Of a stretch of 64,000 nt of DNA, positions 1-9,276 are shown piece by piece. The position numbers were made by a program, and so were the translations under genes. The DNA comes from Arenicellales bacterium. GTDB lineage: Bacteria > Pseudomonadota > Gammaproteobacteria > Arenicellales > JAHEKD01. How positions within the stretch are numbered: the first letter of the stretch is position 1; each line of letters begins with the position of its first letter. Location: assembly GCA_028284225.1 (NCBI GenBank), contig JANQSD010000001.1, forward strand, positions 212,609 to 276,608. Direction: 5' to 3'. Under the pieces are notes generated by a model. The model did not search any database. It was not told the origin of the DNA and saw nothing but the letters and a program-made list of their open reading frames with translations.

Positions 1-6
1 CTTACT

Positions 7-34
7 CGTCATTCCCGCGAAGGCGGGAATCCAG
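7..34. repeat. REP-like palindromic element, subfamily 1 (cgtcattcc...stem-loop...ggaatccag)
   Basis: The sequence cgtcattcccgcgaaggcgggaatccag contains the hairpin attcccgc-gaag-gcgggaat. Related copies lie at 5891-5930, 7327-7364 and, inverted, at 39329-39347. Confidence 0.6.
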
Positions 35-60
35 AGGTACCATTCAAGTTACTATACTAA

Positions 61-480
61 TTGGCTTCTAGATATAAAATGCCTGAAATCCCAGATTGTC
101 ACTATAGAGTCAGTGTTAAAGCCTTAATATTAGATGACCAAAGACGATTTCTATTGGTCAAGGACATTACCGGTAAATGGGAACTCCCTGGCGGAGGGCT
201 TGAACAAGGTGAATCTGTACAACAAGGTTTACGACGCGAAATCAAAGAGGAAATGGGACTTGAGTTGAATTATATTGCCGATGCTCCAGAGTATTTTTTC
301 ACGGTATTCGATAGTGATACAAATGAATGGATTTGTAATGCAGTCTACAAAACTCAGGTTAAAGATTTTAATGTCACACTAACGGATGAATGCCAGGAAT
401 ATAGGTTCTTTGATAAATTTATTGCTGCGAAAGAACCGTTATTTGATAATGTGACCAAGTTTCTAGCCTTATATTCATAG
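61..480 (+). CDS. NUDIX hydrolase
   Basis: The 139-aa ORF carries the Nudix box GGGLEQGESVQQGLRREIKEEMG (GX5EX7REUXEEXGU). The start is uncertain (TTG 61 or ATG 79), and no clear SD precedes either. Confidence 0.85.
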   Translation: MASRYKMPEIPDCHYRVSVKALILDDQRRFLLVKDITGKWELPGGGLEQGESVQQGLRREIKEEMGLELNYIADAPEYFFTVFDSDTNEWICNAVYKTQVKDFNVTLTDECQEYRFFDKFIAAKEPLFDNVTKFLALYS

Positions 481-505
481 AATTTTTATATTGGTTGAAA
501 GAAAC

Positions 506-540
506 GTACCTCTTGACGAACGTACGTAAAAGCGTACAAT
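506..540 (+). promoter_or_regulatory. Putative yefM-yoeB promoter with GTAC-core operator repeats
   Basis: TTGACG (513-518), a 16-nt spacer and TACAAT (535-540) form a promoter-like pair. Three GTAC cores (cgtacc, acgtacgt, gcgtaca) overlap it. The E. coli yefM-yoeB operator palindromes have TGTACA cores. Confidence 0.45.
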
Positions 541-566
541 ATAAATATACCAAGTTTATTTGATTA

Positions 567-809
567 ATGACTTCAATTACAGCTACAGAAGCACGAGCGA
601 ATTTATATCGTTTGATTGATGAGGTGAGTGAATCTCATCAACCACTTATGATCTCCGGTAAACGGAATAAAGCCGTACTTATTTCTGATGAAGATTGGTC
701 AGCGATACAGGAAACCTTATTTTTATTGTCTATTCCGGGCATGCGCGAATCTTTACGCGAGGGTATGGAAACCCCGGTTGATGAATGCAGTCGGGAAGTA
801 GAGTGGTGA
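567..809 (+). CDS. yefM: Type II antitoxin, Phd/YefM family
   Basis: The 80-aa product has TATEARANLYRLIDEV at the N-terminus and DEDWSAIQETLFLLSIPG, both typical of YefM. Its stop overlaps the start of the downstream toxin. Confidence 0.85.
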   Translation: MTSITATEARANLYRLIDEVSESHQPLMISGKRNKAVLISDEDWSAIQETLFLLSIPGMRESLREGMETPVDECSREVEW

Positions 810-1069
810 CCTGGAAAATCGTTTTCACAAAACACGCACAAAAAGACGCAAGAAAGTTAGCAACTAGTGGGTTAAAAGCTAAAACCCAAGTCTTGTTGGA
901 ATTATTACAAGATGATCCTTTTATAAAGCCACCTCCTTTTGAGAAGCTGGTTGGTGATCTTAAAGGAGCCTATTCACGTCGAATTAATATCCAACATCGA
1001 TTGGTTTATCAAGTTTTAATTGACCAAAGGACTGTAAAAATATTAAGAATGTGGACGCACTATGAGTGA
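803..1069 (+). CDS. yoeB: Type II toxin, YoeB/Txe (RelE-fold mRNA interferase) family
   Basis: The ORF opens at 785, but GTG 803/806 overlapping the antitoxin stop is the likelier start. GAYSRRINIQHRLVYQV...ILRMWTHYE parallels E. coli YoeB FWSRRITEEHRLVY...RYHY. Confidence 0.8.
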   Translation: MVTWKIVFTKHAQKDARKLATSGLKAKTQVLLELLQDDPFIKPPPFEKLVGDLKGAYSRRINIQHRLVYQVLIDQRTVKILRMWTHYE

Positions 1070-1464
1070 CTCCGTTGCTTGTTGTTCAACGTTTCTAGCC
1101 TTTTAATTATCTTTTGTTCAACTTTTTTCATGTCGGCCAGTGTTCGTTTAATGTCTTTTTGCTTTTCCAGCAATTCTTTACGGTGAGTGTTAATAACGTT
1201 TAGGACGTATTCAAGCTGGATTTTTTTATCAGGTGTGGAGTCGTAGAGTTTAAGGGTTTCCTTGATTTCTGCCAGGGAAAAGCCCAATCGCTTGCCGCGT
1301 AATATTAGTTGTAATCTAACCCGGTCACGGTCGTTGTAAATTCTGACGGTGTTTTTACGTTCAGGAGAGAGTAGCCCCTGATCCTCGTAGAATCGAATAG
1401 TTCGTGTAGTTACATCAAAATGCTTGGCAAGATCGGATATGGAATAGGTCACGTTTTTTTTCAT
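1060..1464 (-). CDS. liuR: MerR-family transcriptional regulator, LiuR-like (leucine/isovalerate catabolism)
   Basis: The N-terminal HTH YSISDLAKHFDVTTRTIRFYEDQGLL is the MerR signature, followed by a C-terminal coiled coil. The gene is divergently placed next to the liu operon. Confidence 0.75.
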   Translation of the reverse strand: MKKNVTYSISDLAKHFDVTTRTIRFYEDQGLLSPERKNTVRIYNDRDRVRLQLILRGKRLGFSLAEIKETLKLYDSTPDKKIQLEYVLNVINTHRKELLEKQKDIKRTLADMKKVEQKIIKRLETLNNKQRSHS

Positions 1465-1558
1465 TAAAAGATTCCACTCAGCGTCATTGTGGAAAATACG
1501 AAGTGTTTATCCGCAATCTCCACGGCAGTTTCATGTATTTTTACTCGTTGGCTAGACA

Positions 1559-1587
1559 TTGACGTTAACGTTAAGGGTAGTTAAAAT
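1559..1587 (+). promoter_or_regulatory. Putative liu operon promoter with MerR-type palindromic operator
   Basis: The imperfect palindrome TTGACGTTAACGTTAA (1559-1574) overlaps a -35-like TTGACG. A TAAAAT -10-like hexamer sits at 1582-1587, giving a 17-nt spacer. The site lies between liuR and icmF. Confidence 0.45.
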
Positions 1588-1637
1588 CAAAGCATAAACC
1601 ACACAGCTTAATTTGTCGAGTATTACACTAGATTGAT

Positions 1638-4600
1638 ATGGACATGCCCGCTCAAGCATCTCAGGATGTTAGTTCAAAAATTCGTTTTGTTACGGCTGCC
1701 AGTTTGTTTGACGGACATGACGCAGCGATCAATATTATGCGTCGAATTTTACAGTCTCTTGGTGTTGAGGTCATTCACCTGGGTCATAACCGCTCGGTAG
1801 CAGAAATCGTCGATGCTGCGTTGCAGGAAGATGTAAATGGTATCGCTATCAGTTCATATCAGGGTGGTCATGTTGAATATTTAAAATACATGGTTGATAT
1901 GCTCAAGCAAAATGATGGCGAGCAGATTAAAATTTTTGCTGGTGGTGGCGGCGTCATTATCCCTGAGGAAATTAAACTATTACAAGACTATGGTGTGACC
2001 CGTATTTATTCCCCTGAAGATGGTCTGGAAATGGGGCTTAAAGGTATGATTCAGAATACCATCAAACTAAGCCAATTTGATCGTGGATGTGATGGCCAAC
2101 AGATTATTGATCAGGTCAAAGCCGGAAGCTGGCGGGCATTGGCGAAGTTGATCACTGCGATTGAGAATTACAAAGCATCCAGTCATCAACTCTTAAGCGT
2201 TAACGATCAGGTGGCTGATTTAGGCAAACCAATCCCCGTGCTCGGTATTACCGGAACGGGTGGTGCCGGTAAGTCTTCGTTGACAGATGAAGTTATTTTA
2301 CGCTTCCGCATGGACTCGGGTGATAGTCTGAAAATAGCGATCATTGCGGTTGATCCCACGCGCCGCAAAACCGGTGGTGCGTTGTTAGGGGATCGAATCC
2401 GCATGAATGCTATTAATCATCCTAATATTTTTATGCGTTCAGTAGCAACTCGTGATTCGGTTAGCGAAGTCCCCGCTAATGTTCCGGATATGATTAATGC
2501 TTGCAAGCTGGCTGGAGCGGATCTGGTCATTCTTGAAACACCCGGCATCGGTCAGGGGGATACGGCTATTTCGTCTATGGTTGATTGCTCCCTGTATGTC
2601 ATGACACCTGAGTTTGGTGCGCAGACACAGCTGGAGAAAATCGATATGCTTGATTTTGCCGATGTGGTGGCCATCAACAAATTCGACCGCAACGGCGCAG
2701 AAGATGCCTATCGTGATGTATGTAAACAGGTACAGCGTAATCGCGAAGCGTTTGCACAAGCAGCAGAGCAAATGCCTGTATTTGGCACTATCGCTTCACG
2801 CTTTAATGATGATGGTATTACCGCCTTGTATCAGGAACTAAAGGCTCAATTGAAAACACATGGTCTTATCCTTGATAAGGGTGCTTTAGTACAGGCAGAT
2901 ACTCGATTTTCTACTGAGCAAAATCAAATAATCCCGACCAAGCGCCGCCGTTATTTGGCCGAAATTGCAGAAACTGTAAGATCTTATAAATCCAGAGCTA
3001 TACACCAGGCAGATATAGCCAGAGAGTGTCAACAGCTTTCCCAGACCAAGCGTATGTTAGCTGAATCGGCGGGTAAACATGTTGCTGAAATCGATGATCT
3101 GCTCAAGCTTAAGACCGACGGTTTGGATGACGCTGCTCAAACGTTACTTTCAGATTGGGATGATTTAAAACAACGTTATAGCGGTGAAGAGCAGGTTATA
3201 AAAATCCGTGATAAAGAAATCGTTAACAAATTAAAGCGCGAAACCTTGTCAGGTAATTCAATTCCAAGAGTGGCTTTGCCTGATTACAAAGATCATGGTG
3301 AGCGGCTTAAGTGGCTAATGTTGGAAAATGTGCCAGGAGAATTTCCCTATACGGCAGGTGTGTTTCCATTTAAGCGAGCCGGTGAAGATCCGACTCGAAT
3401 GTTTGCCGGAGAAGGCGATGCATTTAGAACAAATAAACGTTTTAAGGCTTTATCTGAACATTCCCAGGCTAAACGTTTATCCACGGCCTTTGATTCGGTC
3501 ACATTGTACGGCTGCGATCCGGATGAACGACCCGATATATATGGCAAAGTGGGCAATTCAGGCGTATCTATTGCGACCCTGGATGATATGAAAGTGCTCT
3601 ATGATGGGTTTGATCTATGTGATCCGGCTACCTCTGTGTCAATGACTATAAATGGACCGGCACCGATTATTCTGGCCATGTTTTTGAACACAGCAATTGC
3701 TCAGCGTGTCGATAAAGCTAATGCTGACAAGCATGCATCGTTGAGTGCAACCGAACTTGCACAGGTTCAAGCACAGGCGCTGATCGACGTGCGTGGCACC
3801 GTGCAGGCGGATATTCTCAAAGAAGATCAGGGACAGAATACCTGTATATTCTCCACCGAGTTTTCATTGAAATTAATGGGTGATATTCAGGAATATTTTG
3901 TCGCCAATCAAGTACGGAATTTTTATTCTGTTTCAATATCCGGTTACCACATTGCCGAAGCCGGTGCGAATCCAATCAGTCAGCTTGCTTTCACTTTAGC
4001 GAATGGTTTTACTTATGTGGAAGCTTATCTGGCCAGGGGTATGGATATTAATGACTTTGCACCTAATTTATCGTTTTTCTTTAGCAATGGGATGTGTCCT
4101 GAATACTCGGTTATTGGTCGGGTAGCTCGTCGAATCTGGGCAGTTACAATGCGAGATAAATACGGTGCTAATTCGCGTTCCCAAAAACTCAAATATCATA
4201 TCCAGACATCAGGCCGCTCCTTACATGCACAGGAAATGAGTTTTAATGATATTCGCACGACGTTGCAGGCGCTCATAGCAGTTTATGATCACTGCAATAG
4301 TCTACACACCAATGCTTATGATGAGGCGATTACAACACCAACCGGAGAGTCTGTTCGCCGGGCGCTTGCCATTCAGCTCATCATCAATAACGAATGGGGA
4401 TTAGCAATGAACGAGAACCCTAACCAGGGTAGTTTCATTATTGACGAACTTACAGAGCTGGTTGAAGAAGCGGTGTTGTCAGAGTTTGAACGATTGTCAG
4501 AGCGTGGTGGTGTTCTGGGTGCAATGGAAACAGGCTACCAGCGTGGCAAGATTCAGGACGAATCCATGCATTATGAACATCGCAAACATGATGGCAGCTT

Positions 4601-4892
4601 GCCGATTATAGGTGTGAATACATTTTTGAACCCTGAGAGTGATGATGAGCGTATAGAGCTGGAGTTAGCTCGCTCTACCGAACAAGAAAAACAAAATCAG
4701 ATCAAACGGTTACGCGATTTTCATGACCGTTATCAAGCTGAATCAGCACAAGCCCTTGATAAAGTTAAGCAAGCCGCACTTAACGGTGAAAATATTTTTG
4801 CCGAGTTGATGCAAGCAGTAAAAACCTGTTCACTGGGGCAGATCTCTGAAGTGTTGTATCAAGTTGGTGGGCAATACAGACGCAACACATGA
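1638..4892 (+). CDS. icmF: Fused isobutyryl-CoA mutase IcmF (B12-binding domain + MeaB-type GTPase + mutase barrel)
   Basis: The 1084-aa product has an N-terminal cobalamin-binding domain ([16 protein letters not shown]) and a central G domain with P-loop [12 protein letters not shown]. The C-terminal acyl-CoA mutase substrate domain contains [14 protein letters not shown]. This tripartite fusion defines IcmF. Confidence 0.9.
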   Translation: MDMPAQASQDVSSKIRFVTAASLFDGHDAAINIMRRILQSLGVEVIHLGHNRSVAEIVDAALQEDVNGIAISSYQGGHVEYLKYMVDMLKQNDGEQIKIFAGGGGVIIPEEIKLLQDYGVTRIYSPEDGLEMGLKGMIQNTIKLSQFDRGCDGQQIIDQVKAGSWRALAKLITAIENYKASSHQLLSVNDQVADLGKPIPVLGITGTGGAGKSSLTDEVILRFRMDSGDSLKIAIIAVDPTRRKTGGALLGDRIRMNAINHPNIFMRSVATRDSVSEVPANVPDMINACKLAGADLVILETPGIGQGDTAISSMVDCSLYVMTPEFGAQTQLEKIDMLDFADVVAINKFDRNGAEDAYRDVCKQVQRNREAFAQAAEQMPVFGTIASRFNDDGITALYQELKAQLKTHGLILDKGALVQADTRFSTEQNQIIPTKRRRYLAEIAETVRSYKSRAIHQADIARECQQLSQTKRMLAESAGKHVAEIDDLLKLKTDGLDDAAQTLLSDWDDLKQRYSGEEQVIKIRDKEIVNKLKRETLSGNSIPRVALPDYKDHGERLKWLMLENVPGEFPYTAGVFPFKRAGEDPTRMFAGEGDAFRTNKRFKALSEHSQAKRLSTAFDSVTLYGCDPDERPDIYGKVGNSGVSIATLDDMKVLYDGFDLCDPATSVSMTINGPAPIILAMFLNTAIAQRVDKANADKHASLSATELAQVQAQALIDVRGTVQADILKEDQGQNTCIFSTEFSLKLMGDIQEYFVANQVRNFYSVSISGYHIAEAGANPISQLAFTLANGFTYVEAYLARGMDINDFAPNLSFFFSNGMCPEYSVIGRVARRIWAVTMRDKYGANSRSQKLKYHIQTSGRSLHAQEMSFNDIRTTLQALIAVYDHCNSLHTNAYDEAITTPTGESVRRALAIQLIINNEWGLAMNENPNQGSFIIDELTELVEEAVLSEFERLSERGGVLGAMETGYQRGKIQDESMHYEHRKHDGSLPIIGVNTFLNPESDDERIELELARSTEQEKQNQIKRLRDFHDRYQAESAQALDKVKQAALNGENIFAELMQAVKTCSLGQISEVLYQVGGQYRRNT

Positions 4893-4982
4893 GAATAATG
4901 TTATGTGTTACTTTGCGTTGTTCAGATTCCGGATCAAATCCGGTGAGCAGATAGAGGAATTTTTGTATTGAAATTAAAATGT

Positions 4983-5009
4983 GAGATCCTTCGGCTGGCT
5001 CAGGATGAC
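4983..5009. repeat. REP-like element, subfamily 2, inverted orientation (gagatccttcg...ctcaggatgac)
   Basis: This is the reverse complement of the cgtcatcctgag...gaaggatctcc elements at 9082-9116 and 9147-9175. The hbd ATG (5005) lies inside it. Confidence 0.55.
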
Positions 5010-5880
5010 AGCTAATATTAAAAAAATTGCTGTAATTGGCGCCGGCACCATGGGCAACGGCATTGCTCAGGTGTTTGCCGCGTCTGGCTTTGATGTGGCG
5101 ATGCAGGATATATCTGATAATCGTCTTAAATCAGGTGTTGCAGCAATTGAAAGTAGTCTTAATCGGCTTATAAAAAAGGATTTAATCGGGGAGGACGATA
5201 AGTCTGCGATTTTGAAAAGAATCAGGACAACAACGCAGATTAAGGATTTAAGCCAGGTTGATCTGGTAGTCGAGGCAGCTACTGAAAACCTGGATATAAA
5301 ACTTAACATTTTTCAAAGCCTTGATGAGGTTTGTCAGCCTGCTACTGTGCTTGCCTCCAATACTTCCTCGATTTCATTAACAAAAATTGCTGCAGCAACC
5401 AATCGCCCTGAAAAGGTGATCGGTATGCATTTCATGAATCCAGTACCTGTGATGCAACTTATAGAAATAATTCGTGCATTGCAAACCAGTGACGAAACCT
5501 ATGAGGTGATTCACCAAGTGTCACTTGGGCTCGGTAAAACACCCGTTGAAGTGAACGACAGCCCCGGGTTTGTTTCAAATCGAATTTTAGTGCCGATGAT
5601 TAATGAAGCCATATTTGCATTGTATGAGGGAATAGCCACACCCGAGGCAATCGACGAAGTCATGAAATTGGGTATGAATCATCCTATGGGTCCTCTGACA
5701 TTAGCTGACCTGATAGGGCTTGATGTATGTTTATCGGTTATGAAAGTCTTGCATGAAGAATTTAGAGATTCCAAATTCAGACCTTGTCCATTACTCGTCA
5801 AAATGGTGAATGCAGGTTATTTGGGTCGTAAGACCGGCAAAGGATTTTATGACTATTCTGCAAGTAAAGATGTTGCTTAA
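5005..5880 (+). CDS. hbd: 3-hydroxybutyryl-CoA / 3-hydroxyacyl-CoA dehydrogenase
   Basis: The Rossmann motif [15 protein letters not shown] is present, with later [10 protein letters not shown] and NHPMGPL motifs. The ORF opens at GTG 4981, but ATG 5005 ([14 protein letters not shown]) fits the family N-terminus. Confidence 0.85.
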   Translation: MTANIKKIAVIGAGTMGNGIAQVFAASGFDVAMQDISDNRLKSGVAAIESSLNRLIKKDLIGEDDKSAILKRIRTTTQIKDLSQVDLVVEAATENLDIKLNIFQSLDEVCQPATVLASNTSSISLTKIAAATNRPEKVIGMHFMNPVPVMQLIEIIRALQTSDETYEVIHQVSLGLGKTPVEVNDSPGFVSNRILVPMINEAIFALYEGIATPEAIDEVMKLGMNHPMGPLTLADLIGLDVCLSVMKVLHEEFRDSKFRPCPLLVKMVNAGYLGRKTGKGFYDYSASKDVA

Positions 5881-5890
5881 GTCTTTAATT

Positions 5891-5930
5891 CGTCATTCCG
5901 GAAATTTCGAAGAAATTATCCGGAATCCAG
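5891..5930. repeat. REP-like palindromic element, subfamily 1
   Basis: The sequence is cgtcattccggaaatttcgaagaaattatccggaatccag. It has the same termini as 7-34 with a different internal stem-loop. Confidence 0.55.
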
Positions 5931-6021
5931 ATTCATTTAGTGTTTTCTGGAAGCTGTATAGTATTTTGGATTTTCGGCATGGCGATATCAGAGTTTTTAA
6001 TGGATTACAAAGGGACTATTT

Positions 6022-7185
6022 ATGTTTAACGCCGGAATGAATTTTGCTTTGGGCCAAGAGATAGAGGCCTTGCGAGATATGGTGCACCGTTTTTCGCAAG
6101 AAAAGATTGCACCGCGCGCTGAGGAGATTGATTCAACCAACACATTTGCTGGTGATCTATGGCCTGAGCTGGGTGCGCTTGGTTTGCTCGGCGTGACGGC
6201 CAATCCTGACTATGGTGGTTCCGGAATGGGCTATTTGGCTCATGTGGTTGCCATGGAGGAAATAAGCCGGGCATCGGCGTCCATAGGCTTGTCATATGGT
6301 GCGCATTCAAATTTATGTGTGAATCAGTTAAACAGAAATGGGAGTGAGGAACAAAAACAGAAGTATTTGCCTAAGTTATGTTCAGGAGAGCATGTTGGCG
6401 CTTTGGCGATGTCAGAGCCAGGTTCCGGCTCAGATGTGGTGTCAATGAAGTTAACTGCAATCAAGACTAACGAAGGTTATGTGTTAAACGGCAATAAAAT
6501 GTGGATCACTAATGGTCCCGATGCCAATGTTCTAATCGTTTATGCCAAGACCGATCCCGATGCCGGCTCCAAGGGCATTACTGCATTTCTAATCGAAAAA
6601 GAATTCGCCGGATTCTCAACCGCACAAAAGCTGGACAAGCTGGGCATGCGCGGCTCAAATACTTGTGAACTGGTTTTTGAAGATTGTCTGGTACCGCAAG
6701 AGAATGTACTCGGCTCTGTAGGAAAAGGTGTTAATGTTTTAATGTCGGGGCTTGATTATGAGCGGGTAACGCTTGCAGGCGGGCCATTAGGTATTATGCG
6801 GGCATGCATGGATGTGGTGGTGCCATACGTGCATGAGCGCAAGCAGTTTGATAAACCTATAGGTACTTTTCAACTTATGCAAGGTAAGTTAGCGGATATG
6901 TACACGACCATGAATGCCTGCCGAGCGTATGTTTATGCTGTAGCTGCAGCGTGTGATCGTGGTGAAACCACTCGTAAAGATGCAGCAGGTTGTATTCTCT
7001 ATGCCGCTGAAAAAGCGACCCAACTTGCTCTTGAATCGATTCAAGCATTGGGAGGCAGTGGTTATATTAACGAATATCCGACCGGTCGCTTGTTGCGAGA
7101 TGCCAAGCTTTATGAAATCGGTGCGGGTACAAGCGAGATCAGGCGCATGTTGATTGGCAGGGAATTGTTTGAGGAAACGAAGTGA
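6022..7185 (+). CDS. liuA: Isovaleryl-CoA dehydrogenase
   Basis: The 387-aa acyl-CoA dehydrogenase has [36 protein letters not shown] and a C-terminal [19 protein letters not shown]. It sits immediately upstream of the methylcrotonyl-CoA carboxylase genes. Confidence 0.9.
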   Translation: MFNAGMNFALGQEIEALRDMVHRFSQEKIAPRAEEIDSTNTFAGDLWPELGALGLLGVTANPDYGGSGMGYLAHVVAMEEISRASASIGLSYGAHSNLCVNQLNRNGSEEQKQKYLPKLCSGEHVGALAMSEPGSGSDVVSMKLTAIKTNEGYVLNGNKMWITNGPDANVLIVYAKTDPDAGSKGITAFLIEKEFAGFSTAQKLDKLGMRGSNTCELVFEDCLVPQENVLGSVGKGVNVLMSGLDYERVTLAGGPLGIMRACMDVVVPYVHERKQFDKPIGTFQLMQGKLADMYTTMNACRAYVYAVAAACDRGETTRKDAAGCILYAAEKATQLALESIQALGGSGYINEYPTGRLLRDAKLYEIGAGTSEIRRMLIGRELFEETK

Positions 7186-7267
7186 TTTCGTATTTCAATT
7201 TTCCATATTTACTTGCCCCGTGCTTGTCACGGGCTCTCCTTAAATTCGCTCATATCCATGTCATTGA

Positions 7268-7290
7268 GATCCCGGCACAAGGCCGGGACA
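7268..7290. repeat. REP-like GC hairpin (gatcccggc-acaa-gccgggaca)
   Basis: The hairpin resembles gatcccgcg-acgggg-cgcgggaca at 35568-35591. It lies in the 256-bp liuA-liuB gap. Confidence 0.5.
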
Positions 7291-7326
7291 AAACAGGCCA
7301 TCAAGCTAGTGACTTAGTAATAGACT

Positions 7327-7364
7327 CGTCATGCCGGAAGCCTGAAAGGCTGTCCGGTATCCAG
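7327..7364. repeat. REP-like palindromic element, subfamily 1
   Basis: The sequence is cgtcatgccggaagcctgaaaggctgtccggtatccag. Confidence 0.55.
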
Positions 7365-7441
7365 GCAGCCTTAAAGGGAACTGGATTGCGGACATCGCTA
7401 CGCGATTCCAGAATAACGGTGATTACGAGGATAAAAACAAA

Positions 7442-9049
7442 ATGCCAATAATTTCCTCATCTATTTCACCAAACTCAGATGAATTCAAAGCGAATAAAAA
7501 AGCACTGCAGGATTCACTGGATCAGATTAAGACTGCAGCAGAGCAGGCTATGGCAGGCGGTGGCGAAAAGGCGATTGAGCGTCATAAGTCTAAAGGCAAA
7601 ATTTTGCCGCGTGAACGGGTATCCCGATTACTGGACCCGGGCTCACCCTTTTTGGAGGTCGGTCTATTCGCAGCACATGATATGTATGACAATGCCTCAC
7701 CCGCGGCAGGTATGATTTGCGGAATCGGTCGGGTTAGCGGACAGGAATGTATGATTGTTTGTAATGATGCAACAGTCAAAGGCGGTACCTATTACCCAAT
7801 GACGGTGAAAAAGCATTTGCGAGCCCAGGAAATAGCGAATGCAAATCGTTTGCCTTGTGTTTATTTAGTCGACTCCGGCGGAGCTAATTTGCCTAACCAG
7901 GACGAAGTCTTTCCAGACAGAGATCACTTTGGTCGGATATTTTTTAATCAAGCCAATATGTCAGCCAAGGGTATTCCGCAGATTTCCGTGGTCATGGGTT
8001 CGTGTACAGCAGGTGGTGCTTATGTACCGGCAATGTCTGATGAGAGCATAATAGTTAAAGAGCAGGGTACAATTTTTTTAGGCGGTCCACCGCTAGTCAA
8101 AGCAGCAACAGGCGAAGTAGTTTCGGCTGAAGATCTTGGTGGAGCTGATGTGCATACACGATTATCGGGTGTTGCAGATCAGATGGCTAACGATGACAGT
8201 CATGCGTTAGCTCTGGCCAGGCAAATCGTTGCTAATTTAAATCGACGTAAGCCTGAGGTTGTAACGTTACAAGCTGGCGAGTCACCTGACTATGACCCGG
8301 AAGAAATTTTAGGAATTGTTCCGGCTGATCAGCGTATCCCCTATGATGTGCGTGAAATCATAGCCCGGATTGTAGATGGCTCACGCCTGGACGAGTTTAA
8401 AAACCGCTACGGTAATACTCTGGTATGTGGTTTTGCCCATGTACATGGCATCCCCATCGGTATCATAGCCAATAATGGTGTGTTGTTTTCAGAATCGGCA
8501 CTTAAAGGCGCGCACTTTGTTCAGCTTTGTTGTCAACGCAAAATACCACTGGTTTTTTTGCAGAATATCACCGGCTTTATGGTCGGGCAGAAGTATGAGT
8601 CCAGCGGTATTGCCAAGGATGGTGCAAAACTGGTTACAGCAGTGGCAACTGCCCAGGTGCCTAAAATAACCCTGTTAATCGGCAACAGTTTTGGCGCGGG
8701 TAACTACGGCATGTGTGGTCGTGCTTATGCGCCAAGATTCTTGTGGACCTGGCCGAACAGTCTTATTGCAGTGATGGGGGGTGAACAAGCGGCAGGCGTG
8801 TTGGCAACCGTTAAGAAGGATGCAATCGAACGTAAAGGAGGGCAATGGAGCGATCAAGAAGAAAAAGACTTTAAACAGCCAATCATCGATCAATTCGAAT
8901 TTCAAAGTCATCCACTTTTTGCTTCAGCACGGTTGTGGGATGATGGTGTCATCGATCCACGAAAATCGAGGCAAGTACTAGCACTGTCGCTATCAGCCAC
9001 ACTCAATACACCAATTCCAGACACCCACTTCGGTGTCTTTAGAATGTGA
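7442..9049 (+). CDS. liuB: Methylcrotonyl-CoA carboxylase, carboxyltransferase (beta) subunit
   Basis: The 535-aa product belongs to the acyl-CoA carboxylase beta family ([59 protein letters not shown]). Its position in the liu operon agrees. Confidence 0.9.
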   Translation: MPIISSSISPNSDEFKANKKALQDSLDQIKTAAEQAMAGGGEKAIERHKSKGKILPRERVSRLLDPGSPFLEVGLFAAHDMYDNASPAAGMICGIGRVSGQECMIVCNDATVKGGTYYPMTVKKHLRAQEIANANRLPCVYLVDSGGANLPNQDEVFPDRDHFGRIFFNQANMSAKGIPQISVVMGSCTAGGAYVPAMSDESIIVKEQGTIFLGGPPLVKAATGEVVSAEDLGGADVHTRLSGVADQMANDDSHALALARQIVANLNRRKPEVVTLQAGESPDYDPEEILGIVPADQRIPYDVREIIARIVDGSRLDEFKNRYGNTLVCGFAHVHGIPIGIIANNGVLFSESALKGAHFVQLCCQRKIPLVFLQNITGFMVGQKYESSGIAKDGAKLVTAVATAQVPKITLLIGNSFGAGNYGMCGRAYAPRFLWTWPNSLIAVMGGEQAAGVLATVKKDAIERKGGQWSDQEEKDFKQPIIDQFEFQSHPLFASARLWDDGVIDPRKSRQVLALSLSATLNTPIPDTHFGVFRM

Positions 9050-9081
9050 CCATGCAATGAATAGGAACTATTCAGAGCATG

Positions 9082-9116
9082 GTCATCCTAAGTCGCGCAG
9101 CGACGCAAGGATCTCC
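9082..9116. repeat. REP-like element, subfamily 2 (gtcatcct...aaggatctcc)
   Basis: The sequence gtcatcctaagtcgcgcagcgacgcaaggatctcc contains the internal hairpin gtcgcg-cag-cgacgc. Confidence 0.55.
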
Positions 9117-9146
9117 TTAAAGCCCCACCGATCTCAAACATGGCCA

Positions 9147-9175
9147 CGTCATCCTGAGCAAAGCGAAGGATCTCC
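9147..9175. repeat. REP-like element, subfamily 2
   Basis: The sequence is cgtcatcctgagcaaagcgaaggatctcc. It is the second copy in the 227-bp liuB-liuD gap. Confidence 0.55.
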
Positions 9176-9276
9176 AAAAACTGACTCCGCTGTTTACCAT
9201 AAAAGCAATATAAAAGAGTTTCCTCGACAAGCTTATCCTCGAATAGGGACTCGGAATGACTCCGGAGTTGCGAACC

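Noticed and set aside
1465-1637. Cobalamin riboswitch upstream of the B12-dependent icmF
   Set aside because: No B12-box-like sequence or extended conserved structure is visible. The 173-bp region is better explained by a MerR-type operator and promoter.
7182-7451. 89-aa ORF in the liuA-liuB gap
   Set aside because: It is composed almost entirely of REP-like hairpin elements. It has no RBS and an Arg/Ser/Leu-rich nonsense-like composition. It is best explained as repeat DNA, not a gene.
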